From Curvularia clavata (taxonomy: Eukaryota), in assembly GCA_023920165.1 (NCBI GenBank), contig CP089279.1:1550001-1614000 (forward strand): a DNA stretch of 64,000 nt, given 5' to 3'. The notes beneath the pieces were generated by a model that saw nothing but the letters and a program-made list of their open reading frames with translations, searched no databases and had not been told where the DNA came from. Positions 12,134 through 23,173 of the stretch are shown piece after piece (the stretch's first letter is position 1; each line of letters opens with the position of its first letter). Made by a program: the position numbers and the translations under genes.

Positions 12134-12550
12134 AAGTATACGATTGATTGGCAGGGGTTGTTTTGATGGATCGCATAGATCAACATGAGGTACATGGGAG
12201 ATGTGACACGTGCTTTGGTACCTGCATTAGACGGGAGCATCCCCTGGTGGAATGCTTGTATAATAGAATTGCTTTTTTTCGCTATCTTGACCTCTGTTCT
12301 GTCGGGACAGCATGACACAAGCTATGTGTGTTGCAAGCGTGAATGGCACGAGAAGCGTTGATAGCGGGTGGTGTCGGCCCCGCCGTAGAAGATACGGGAA
12401 AAGGGCCGTCCACGTCGGATGGGGTTGGGGAGGGGGCAGATTGGAGCGATAGGCGCAAAAGATGGGGCAAGAGCACCCGACAACGGAGATGACGCACAGC
12501 ATGGCAGGCAGCCCGACAACTAGACAGCACCGCCGCCTGGCTTTCCTCAC

Positions 12551-12787
12551 AGATAATTTGCGTCTCTGATCGCTGGTTGGCTTTGCCGAGGTCTTATCTC
12601 TGAGGCTTGACACCCTCCAGCATCTCGCCTTATTGTTCCTCCCTATGCACCTCTCGCGACGACGGACCCGCCGTGTTTGTGGAGCAAACGATTGCAGCGT
12701 CGCATCCCAAGCCTCTTAGCCTCCGACAGACGTCGAGCTGAACACGCTCGATCTAGAACTAGACAGGCCTGACGCCGCCGTTTATCT
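12551..12787. promoter_or_regulatory. Three HGATAR (AreA/Nit2-type GATA) sites upstream of the amino acid permease
   Basis: AGATAA at 12551-12556; TTATCT at 12594-12599 and 12782-12787. Nitrogen regulation is inferred from the downstream gene class. Confidence 0.35.
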
Positions 12788-13021
12788 CTCTTCGCACGCG
12801 ACCGCATTCCGCATCCTTACATATACCTGCATCCATTCCTCTGGCGCTGCTGGCACCCTGCGTCTCTGCCCCGGCCTCTTCCCTGCCTCTGCCTCCGCTT
12901 CCCTTCTAAACATAACCGGCCACTTTGGCGGTTGTCGCATCTCGTCTCACCACATCGCAGCGCAGCGCGTGGGCGCCTGTTAGGAACTGATATTGGACCA
13001 CCATCGGAGCCAGTCACCACC

Positions 13022-14740
13022 ATGACGAAGCGAAGCATCTCCATCACCCAAAGCGGCGAGGGAGATGGCGTTCGTCGGCGATCCGTCAACGATGCGGGTG
13101 CCGACGCTGCCCTCGCCAAGATGGGATACCAGTCTGAACTCCCACGGAATCTGTCCATGTTAAGCGTCCTCGGCATGTCCTTTGCCATCATGGCCGTTCC
13201 TTTCGGTCTGAGTACTACCATGTACATTACCCTCACCGATGGTCAGTCAGTGACTGTGCTCTACGGCTGGATCCTCGTCTCCCTCATCTCTTTGTCTATC
13301 GCCGCTTCTCTCGCCGAAATCTGCGCCGTCTACCCCACAGCTGGCGGAGTCTACTACTGGTCTGCTATGCTCTCAACACGCGAGTGGGCGCCTATCGCTT
13401 CGTGGGTTACTGGCTGGTTGACTCTCGTTGGAAACTGGACAGTTACGCTTTCTATCAATTTCTCTGGTGGCCAACTTATTCTTTCCGCCATTACGCTCTG
13501 GAATGAAGACTTTGTTCCGAACCAGTGGCAGACGGTTCTCATGTTCTGGGCGGTCATGCTCATCTGCATGAGTGTAAACATCTTTGGCGCAAAGTACCTC
13601 GATCTCATTAATAAGATCTGTATTTACTGGACAGCTGCCAGTGTTGTCATCATCATGGTCGTACTGCTGAGTATGGCTGACAGCAAGAGAGACGCCGAGT
13701 TTGTCTTTGCGCACTACGATGCTAGTTCAAGTGGATGGTAAGCATCTCTTTGTTTCGCACAACCTCAACATCCATGGCAATTACTAACGTTTTTTAGGCC
13801 GTCAGGATGGGCGTTTTTCGTCGGTCTGCTACAAGCAGCATATACACTCACTGGTTACGGCATGGTTGCAGCCATGTGCGAAGAAGTGTCCAATCCCTCT
13901 CGCGAAGTCCCCAAAGCTATCGTTCTCTCAGTCGCTGCCGCAGGTGTCACTGGAGTCATCTACCTGATCCCCATCCTCTTCGTTCTGCCCGACGTGAAGA
14001 TGCTCCTTTCAGTTGCTAATGGACAACCCATCGGTCTCCTCTTCAAGACCGTCACGGGCAGCGCAGGTGGTGGCTTTGGCCTTCTCTTCCTTATTCTAGG
14101 CATCCTCTTCTTTGCAGGCACTGGGGCGCTGACCGCTGCCTCTCGCTGCACATACGCCTTTGCTCGCGACGGTGCAATTCCTGGTTCCCGTTTTTGGTCC
14201 AAAGTCGACAAACGCTTTGACATTCCCCTCTGGGCTCTCGTCCTCTCCACTGTTGTCGACTGTCTGTTGGGCCTTATTTACTTTGGCTCATCGGCTGCTT
14301 TTAACTCGTTTACCGGTGTCGCCACCATTTGTCTCAGCACATCCTACGGCATGCCCATTCTCATTTCTATCCTTCGCGGTCGTAAGGCAGTCCGCAACTC
14401 GTCATTTTCCCTGGGCCGCTTCGGTTACGCGATCAACATCGCCATGGTCGCTTGGATCTGCCTGGCTGTCGTACTTTTCTGTATGCCAGTGAGCCTGCCT
14501 GTTGCGCCTGCAACTATGAATTATGCAAGCGTAGTATTTGCCGGTTTTGCGGCAATCAGCGTGGCATGGTACTTCATCCGAGGACGGAAGGAATTTTCCG
14601 GCCCACCCGTACCGAACGATGTGGAGCCGGGTGAGGAGGGCGTTGTTGCAGGGCTGGCTGTACAAGACAGTAGACAGGATGTTGAGGGTATGGGAGAAAA
14701 GGCCGTGGATTTTGATAAGGGAAACAGCAAAAGTTATTGA
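13022..14740 (+). CDS. APC-superfamily amino acid/GABA/choline permease (UGA4/HNM1-like)
   Basis: ATG 13022. Intron 13738..13797 (GTAAGC...CTAAC...TAG) joins GW|PSGWAFFVGLLQAAYTLTGYGMVAAMCEE. Motifs LAEICAVYPTAGGVYYW, SRCTYAFARDGAIP and MNYASVV. Confidence 0.92.
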
Positions 14741-15088
14741 GGTGGTAACTAAATGTTCTATACCTACACATTTATAGTCTTGAGTAATAGTTCGACGTAC
14801 CCTTAGCACCTTATGCAAACATCTTATGCTTAATTATCAAAGAACATTGGCGTAATATCTCAGCAATAAATCGATGGCAAATTTGAGGCTCGAATGCGAA
14901 GAGTGGCATATGATGATGGCCAGATGACAGTGGTGCGCCACGGTGTTCTGCCTAGCCACCGCTCAAGCCACCTGTTCGTGCCGGCGGAGATACGCGTTGC
15001 GCGGTTGGCTATAGACGCGCCTTGTACACTAAGTCATTCACCTACGCTCTCATGGACGTGCTACAATTCCCTGCCAGGTCTGATCCCA

Positions 15089-18000
15089 ATGAGGTAAGTG
15101 GCATTCTCAGCGCTTTGTAGTTCCATACCTCCTACAAGGCATAACCCGTCGCAAATGTTCAACTCAGCATTTGGCACAACTAGAGTCAAGAATGATACGT
15201 CTAACATGCGCAGCGACTGGCAACAATCACCGGTAGTAATTGACCTCACCGACGACGCCGACGAAACCAACAGCGAGACACCCTGTCAATTATTGTCCCT
15301 GGCGGCGAACCGCTCCACGAGCCCGGATGCGCCTTTACTTCCCACTCCCCCCATCGTCGCATTGCAGCTGAGAAACACATATTACCCGCCTCTACTCAAA
15401 CAACATGCTGGGCGCTCGTGTACGAAACCTACCATAGGGCAAGAGATACAGACACCACACGAAGGTTTCCGACCACTGATTCCGACACCGGCGAGTACGA
15501 ACAAGAAGACACACTACAATCTACTACCAAAAAGTTATATACCACCACCTGCGCATGCCTACCATGACCACACCTATAATGCGCCCTACGAAGTGGGTCG
15601 GGAAGCAAAAAGGCCCAGGATAGATCCCAAAGAACTGCCGTCGCCTCCGATGAGAATACCCACGCGACAAAGAGAAGCAGCTACTTTCCTTCCGCCACGA
15701 GACGCAAACTACCTTGCTGGTCCTATCGAGGAGCCACGAGATGATGACAAGGATAGTGTCCTGTCTGGCATCTTACCTCCGGACTCACATTCACCACAAA
15801 AACCGACAGCTAGTGCCGTGGTCGACCACACAATAATTGTATCCACCCAGACCCACGCAGTTGCAAGTACAACAACCTCGACCATGCCGCCTACTGAATC
15901 AACTGGACCACCTTCAAAGCGTAGGAGAGCTGTGCAAAACCCATTCAATACAGCTCAGGATCACCTCCTCATATTCTTAAAAGAGGTCAAAAAATACAAG
16001 TGGTCGGATATCACTGTAGAATACAACAAGGATATGCCACACCGCACATACAGTGCACTCCAGGGACGCTATGCTCAAACATTGAGCAAGAGAGATCGAT
16101 CCCAAGACCCACCGACTTTGGTTTTGCCGACACGCTTCGCTGCAGAGGCCAGCATAGACTGGTCGCAAACTCACGGAAATGAGCGGCTGCCACCGAGACT
16201 GCCACTAGCACTGCCAACGACTGAACATGACTACTCTTCTGGTACTGACTCCAGACCATCTAGAGGGCGACCACGTCGTGCGCAGCGTGTGAATTACACC
16301 TGGCCGAAGCCGCGCAGTTGGGCTCGAGGCGTGGCTGCTGGGGAACAGAATGAGGAACAAGAGTTAGGGGATATGTTGGACGATGCCTCATCTACGGACT
16401 CTGAGACCCCTGAAGAGGACCTCTTCGTACCCGATGTAGCCGTAGCAGTGGACAACGACCCAATCGAGGTAAACTTTGACGCCGAAGATGCCAAAATGGG
16501 GATGCAGCTACGCAGCAAAACCCGCAGTACCTTGACGGGAATGATACCATACCTCAGCATGTTAGAGCGTACGTCATTGAGAAACCCGGAAGGTTGCTGT
16601 TGGGACCAGCTTTCCAGTCGCAAATGGCAAGGCTCGCGACTTCATGTGGATTTCAGCCCAACGGAAGTGAATGTTGTGAAGACAATGATTGTTTCAACAA
16701 AAAGATCCTTGAGATCCAGACACGGCACGCAACGAAGAGAGCTTCGGGAACTCCTGAAAGGCTTCACTGAACCAGAGATCCTCAAACTAGTCGAAGCGCT
16801 GCGAAGGCGTCTCCCTTGTCGAGATAGTAGCAGCATCAAAGCATTTTTAGAGGATGCACAGAAAGGTCACGTCTCCAAGACTCCGCATATACAAAGACTT
16901 GCAGCTGCTCGGCCGGACATTTCAATGAGCACGATGCAAAAACCATCGACAACATCCGTCATACGCCAGCGTGAACTAGGATGCCAATCAAGGAGGGGGT
17001 GGCGAACTGCTCCAAAGCCTCTGACATACCAAGTAAAGAATCAAATCATGGACACGATCGGACCGTCGGCTACTTGGATAGGTGCTTCCAGTGATATACA
17101 CACGGTGGCATGGGCCTCGGACGGCGAGCGATTTGCAGCGGGCGCAGTCGCTGTGGATGACCCCGACTCGATGCAATACAACAGACCTAACAATCTGCTT
17201 TTCGGGAACATGATGCATGGGTCAATACGTGAGCTGGCTGAGCACTACAAAAACCGCGAAAAAACCGAGACCGGCGCCAATTCAAGCCACGCTATGTTTG
17301 CGTCACAAGATCCAAAGCTATACACGACGGTCAGCTCTGTGGCATTCTCTACTAGCGGTAATTGTATGTATTCGGCAGGCTACGACAAACATATTGGTAT
17401 ATGGTTCACTGCAACCGGTTCTATGCAACCAGTCCTGGGCGCAAAACTGAATGTCAACGACCCGATCGACATCCTCTCGGTCAATCACTCCCATACTGGA
17501 GTGCTGGCAACTGCAGCTCGTGTCGCTCGAAAGTCAATACGAGTGCTCAGGATCGACGAAGAGGACCCTTCACGATTCGACAAATTGAGTCTTCATTCTG
17601 ACAAAGCTGTCTCGCGACTTGATCTAAATATTTTGCCATCCGCACTGCGATTCGAGCCGAAGTTTGGGGCCCTGCTTCTGGCGGGGTTCGGTGCGAATCT
17701 GAAGGAGACTGGTTTCGACACGACTGGAGATCTTTGTTTGTGGGATATCCAAGCAGAGAGCCCGCTCACAATCTATGGATCAAACAAGAACATCTTCGAC
17801 GTTGCATTCAACCCCAATCGCTCAAGCATGCCGGCTTTTGCAGCTGGGTGTGTCGCTGGAGCCAATGTCAATAAAGGAATGCGCTCAGTGATTAGGTTGT
17901 ACGACCTCAATACTCTTGGGAAGTTCACATGTCCTGTGGAGTTCGAGTGCAAGGCCTTGGACATCAATGATGTCGTTTGGTGTCCGCACGATGAGCATCT

Positions 18001-19183
18001 CCTCGCTGCTGGTTGTACAGATGGCCGAACCTACGTTTGGGATATTCGAAGGCCCAACGATCCCCTGCGCGTTGTTTCTCATGGTCGGTCCCTGATGCCG
18101 TTGCAAGACGGCGTTAAACATGAGCTGACTGACACTGGCGTACGATTTTTGTCTTGGGGCGAGAACGCTACGAGATTGTACTCCGGATCGTCTGACGGCG
18201 TGATCAAAGTATGGGACGTCACAAAAGCCAATGAGGATACATACATCAAGGATCTTATTACCACAGATTCGGGTATCATGGCAGGTGCATTTAGTGCAGA
18301 CTACAGCAAGCTTATTGTGGGTGAGGTGAATGGTGCAGTCAATGTGCTCGAAGTGGGCAAGAATGATATATCACTGAAAGATGCAGAAAAGCTACGCTAT
18401 TTTTCTTACCAGGACGGTGAGCACGATGAAGCCCTGGAGGACAAGAATGTCGACAATACAGAACCAGGAACCGAATCAGGCATCGCTGAGGCCCGTCATC
18501 TCCTTGGTACCGGACAAATGCAGTTTCAATCCATGGGTAGCTTCCCAATCCGGCAGGCAGTCCAAGGGCCTCGTTACAGGGGACCTTTCGATGAGGGAGT
18601 TGACGCGCCATTTTTGCGGCAACAGGCTCTGGAATTTCAACTGGATCTCGCAAAAGAGCATGGACCGCAATGTGAGATTGTAGCGTGCAAGGCAAATGTC
18701 AACAAGACCACGAGCGAAGACGTTGGCGATTCAGGACGCAGTGCCGACCGCATACCTGACGAGCTGCGTCGGCAATGGAAGGCTATTGATGCTACACACA
18801 TCATACCAGGCAAATCCAGATGCACACACTGCGGCCGTCCAGCCCGCCCGATTATCGAATCTGCTTCTAATGTTCTGTGCGAGCGCTGCTCGTTTGCATG
18901 TTTCCATTGCGGCTCTTCCAACCCCATTGCGCCCGAAACGACGACTCTCATTTGCGACTTTTGTGCTGGGGTCTGGGACATTGGCGTTCTAGGGTACGAA
19001 TGCATCCAGCAGCCTATAGGTAAGAGAGTAGCTCTGGATGTTCCTCCTCTGAAATGGTGGGGCAAAGAAGTATACGCAGAGAGACTGGAGGCTTCGGACA
19101 CTGATTTTGGGGATGAGATGAATGCCCTGACTGAGTATTATTACTCGTTGACGATTGATCGGCCAGAGAGTCCGTCGCGTTGA
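15089..19183 (+). CDS. Large WD40 DCAF-type protein, Raf1/Dos1 / DIM-9-like (heterochromatin CUL4-DDB1 adaptor), with a Myb-like segment and a C-terminal Cys-rich finger
   Basis: Model: ATG AG at 15089, intron 15094..15213 (GTAAGT...CTAAC...CAG), then MSDWQQSPVVIDLTDD in frame with ORF 15098..19183. WD repeats (LCLWDI, YVWDIRR = WDxR, IKVWDV). QYNRPNNLLFG and SQDPKLYTTVS segments recalled from Raf1-like fungal proteins. C-terminal CTHC/CERC/CFHC/CDFC. Confidence 0.75.
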
Positions 19184-20541
19184 AGTACGACGTTAGATAG
19201 TAACATGTGCATTGGCATGTACTGGGCGAAACTATACCGGAAGCGAGTGAGATTTAGTATAATGATACCCCTCTTATTTTATATCTTTTTCTCACATTGA
19301 AGGCATTTGAGCAGCATGCTATCAATGCCAAAGAACGAAGTGCTCCTCAGCCAGATGTCATGCTGCAAATGCCGAGACGGCTGAATGGCACTATAGACAT
19401 CAAGAAATATATCACCGAAGAGCGGCCGTAGTGTGGAGCTTGACCCTTCCACTAATGGCAAGCGTCGTGAAAACCACAACCCATGCGTTCATCCTACGAA
19501 CCTCGAGCGACAGATCCCCCATCTTTCAACCCAATTGTCCTTTTCGATTCCTGCCACACTCACGCCATTGTGTTCATGCTGTTTTGGCTCCTGAGCGAAC
19601 CTAACTCACGATGAAGGAACGTTCTGGACTGTGGTTCCGGCATTTGCGAACTAGGCTATTCCCTCCGATTCGCCGACGCTTACCGGGGTAGACCATGATC
19701 ACGCTCAGTAACCCCATTGGAATCGCATCAGGCAATTTTCGGCGTTTTCTGTACAATACATGGCCGGTTTGGATAGGTGGCGTCGTGGCTCCGACAACGT
19801 ACGCAGTCCTGAGTTCGTGTCTCGTCTAGAGGCACATGTAGTGTGTTTGTTGGGGGATCGAGGGCAGGCGGCTTTTGGCTTCAAAGATGTTGTGCTGTTC
19901 TGCAATTGCGGAGTGCACGGATTAGCAGGCCCACAGTCCAGCTCGAGAAAGAGTCGTTTTAACTTCCTAAGAGGGAAGACAGCCGACCACTTAGGCCATC
20001 AGCATTTCACAACTATGTCAAGCATCCCAAGCATAGGGAACTTGGCAGCGTCAACAGCCTGCCGCTGAGCCTCACTAAGCCTCTTCAAGGAGTACTCCCG
20101 CCTCACGTGCGCGGCTCCAACGATGCAATCCACTGTTTCTATAACAGGTTTGAGTAGAACAGCACTTCTGTGACGCTCGGGCGTCCCGATTTTTGCATCA
20201 ATAGAATGGCGTGGAAGGTATTTACTTTGGGCTAGATAGGCCGCAAAGCAAACACCGACACCACTAAATACGATACCCCAGGGACCCACACCAATGACGG
20301 CGCGTGGCACTAACAAGCACCTCAAGCAAGCACTACTCGGTACAAACGCCCTTCGAAAGCTTGTGCGGGAGCCCCATGGGGCCCAACCAGGCTCCGTTTG
20401 CATCCACGCCAAGACCCACATGGAGCATTACCCCATATATAAGGTCCTTCACCTTTCCCCAGGTTTCCAGTTTGCTTTGGCTGTCCAGCTCTTTTGCTTC
20501 TCGTGGCGCGCCAACATACACCACCTTGTCTGTTTGCCAAA

Positions 20542-22379
20542 ATGTCGGGCCTTGCCGATACCAAGTACGATGAGAAGGCCACGGGGGACGTGATGCGCGA
20601 GAAGAGCATCGGCGGCGGCCACCATACTGAGGTCCTGGAGAACAAGGATCTCTTGACGGATGCTCAGAATGCTGAGGCGCGCGAGCATGAGATGGGCCTG
20701 TGGGAGGCTGTCAAGGATCATCCCATGGCGTGCTTCTGGGCCTTTATCTTTTGCTTTACGATCGTAAGTATCTTTTTCCATTAGCGAAGCTGTATGTCGG
20801 GAAAATGCTAATAATTGGGACAGGTTATGGAGTCCTTCGATATGTTCTTGAACGGCAACTTTGTCGCTCTTACGGCTTTCAAGGAACGATACGGAGTTCA
20901 TGTTGCTGGAGAGGTTGGCAAGACCATTCCCACCAAATGGCAGAGCTCGCTCTTCCAGGCTGGTCAATGTGGAGCATTCGTGGGCGTCATGATTGCTGGT
21001 CCCATCACCAACCGTCTTGGTTACCGCTGGACTACTCTCTTCGCCCTTCTTCTCATGAACGCTACCATCTTCGTCTCTTTCTTCGTAAGTAACTTGTTGT
21101 CACGTACGATAAAGTCTTTCGCTGACAGAGTCTCTTCAGGCCAATTCACTCGCCCTTCTTGTGGTTGGTCAAGCTCTTGAGGGTGTACCGTGGGGTCTTT
21201 TCATCGCCAACTCGCCTGCTTATGCTAGTGAGGTCGTACCGCTCGTCCTTCGCGGTGCCTGCACGGCCACTCTGCAGCTGTCTTGGTCTATCGGCGGCCT
21301 CATCGTTGCTGCCGTCACTTATCAGTTCAACAAGCGAAACGATGAGTGGGCCTGGCGAGCACCCCTTGCTCTGCAATGGGTCTTCCCTGTAATTACCCCC
21401 TCTTCATTCAACTAGGGCAAAACTGACAGTTGCAGGTCCCGCTCATGGTCCTCATCTTTTTCGCTCCCGAAAGCCCTTGGTGGCTAGTGCGAAAGGGCCG
21501 TAGGGAAGAAGCTCTCAGGTCTATCAAGCGCCTTGGCCGCAGGAACGGAACTCAAGCAGCCGCCGAAGACACCCTTGCCATGATGGAGCGTACCGCTGAA
21601 ATTGAAGCCCATGCTGGTGGACAGCCCAAATTCCTCGATCTCTTCAAGGGTGTCGACCTTCGCCGTACACTGATCACTTGCTTGATCTACGCGTCCCAAA
21701 ACTTTGCTGGTAACTTGATTGCCAACCAAGCTACCTTCTTCTTCGAGCGTAAGTGCCTCCTTGATGAGTTTGGAGTACAGACAATTGACTTTATGCAGAG
21801 GCTGGAATGTCTACCGACTTCTCCTTCAAGCTCAACTTGATCAATTCGTCTCTGCAGCTGATTGCTAACGTTTGCGCCTGGCCTCTGAGCGCATACTTTG
21901 GTCGACGAACAATCTACCTCGTAGGCACGGCTACCAACGTTGCCATGCTCTTCCTTCTCGGCATCTTCGCGTCGATCCATCAGACCAGCGCCACCAACTA
22001 CGCGCAAGCTTGTCTCGGTGTCATCATCTCCTTCGTATACGCGCTTGCCATGGGTCCTATTACCTACAGTATCATTGCAGAAGCCTCTTCGGTCCGTCTT
22101 CGCGCCCTGAGCACTGGTGTGGGCCGTGCAGCATACTATGTAGCCGAGATTCCCATGATCTACCTGGCCTCGCAGATGCTCAACCCAACCGGCTGGAACA
22201 TGGCTGGCAAGTGCGGATATGTCTGGGGAGGTACAGCTTGCGTTTGCTTTGTATCGGCTTACTTTGGTCTGCCCGAGTTCAAGGGCCGCTCTTACCGCGA
22301 GTTGGATATTCTGTTCAACCGCAAGGTTTCTGCCAGGAAGTTCAAGTCTACTGTTATCGATGTCAAGGACAACGAGTAG
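20542..22379 (+). CDS. MFS sugar porter, maltose/alpha-glucoside permease (MAL11-like) clade
   Basis: ATG 20542. Introns 20764..20823, 21085..21139, 21389..21435 and 21749..21798 all keep frame. Motifs KWQS, NRLGYR, AYASEVVP..LRG, PESPWWLVRKG, FGRRTIY and PEFKGRSYRELDILF. Confidence 0.92.
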
Positions 22380-22706
22380 AGGCTTCAGCTTCGGCGCCGA
22401 TTTATTCGGAAGCGATTTCTGTAGGATTCGGATTTCATAGATTAAAGATGTCACCGAATTTATATGAGAAGAGAGTGTGGAAAGAAGATGTGTGGAGGAT
22501 ACCATGGGCCAAGTTGGCCCGAGTTCCTTGCTCTCTGGGGAAGCCTTTTGCCCACTCCTGGCCTCTTAGGCTTCTCATACGGACGACATTGAGAATTACA
22601 TGATGTTACGATTTAAATAATCCAAATTTCAATTCTCCATCGATATGTTGAAGTGATGTACGGAAAGATTTCTGTCTTGTAGCAGTGAAAAAGTCCCTGT
22701 GGTCAG

Positions 22707-23015
22707 ATTAGCCGGTAAGCCCACGTTCTAAGGTATACCCCAGCCCCCATCCGCCCCCATACTCCACCAGCTGTCGTAACACCTCTAGAAAAGTTCCCGC
22801 TTTCCGTGCTCCCGTTCCTCACCTTGGAATTGACGCGGGATAGTCCAATACGCCATTTATGCTAACGATTTTCAGCAAGCCTTCCGTCGTCCGACACTGC
22901 GTCTCCCGTCCGGTGCCTCCGATACTTACGTTTACCCGGGCCTCGGCACACCCGATGGAATGTCTCTACATGGAGATCTAAATTCCACCATTAAGAATGG
23001 CCATACGTCCCCGCA
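22707..23015. promoter_or_regulatory. Candidate XlnR/AraR-type (CGGNTAAW) and CreA-type (SYGGRG) sites upstream of the GH35 gene
   Basis: ATTAGCCG at 22707-22714 (rc CGGCTAAT) and TTTACCCG at 22931-22938 (rc CGGGTAAA). CCCCAG at ~22738, CTCCAC at ~22762 and CCCCGC at ~23009 are SYGGRG on the minus strand. Confidence 0.4.
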
Positions 23016-23173
23016 ATCCAAGGTGCACTTCATCCTAATACAGCACTAGCGGCTTGCCTACGTCCTGTGGTGACCGGGGTGATGGTAATTTTCTGATGCT
23101 CATAAATCGTCCAAATGTCCGGCACAATGGCTACAGCGCTAATTGGCTTCGACGTCTTTAGACCTCAAGCACC

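Noticed and set aside
12421..12445. G-rich run GGGGTTGGGGAGGGGG as a possible G-quadruplex
   Set aside because: Only three long G-tracts lie close together, and there is no supporting context.
21687..22603. Long antisense/alternate-frame ORFs (272 aa and 243 aa) over the sugar porter; similar ones at 36476-38263, 52490-53293 and 54964-55884
   Set aside because: Shadow ORFs expected from strong codon bias in GC-rich coding sequence; no recognisable motifs.
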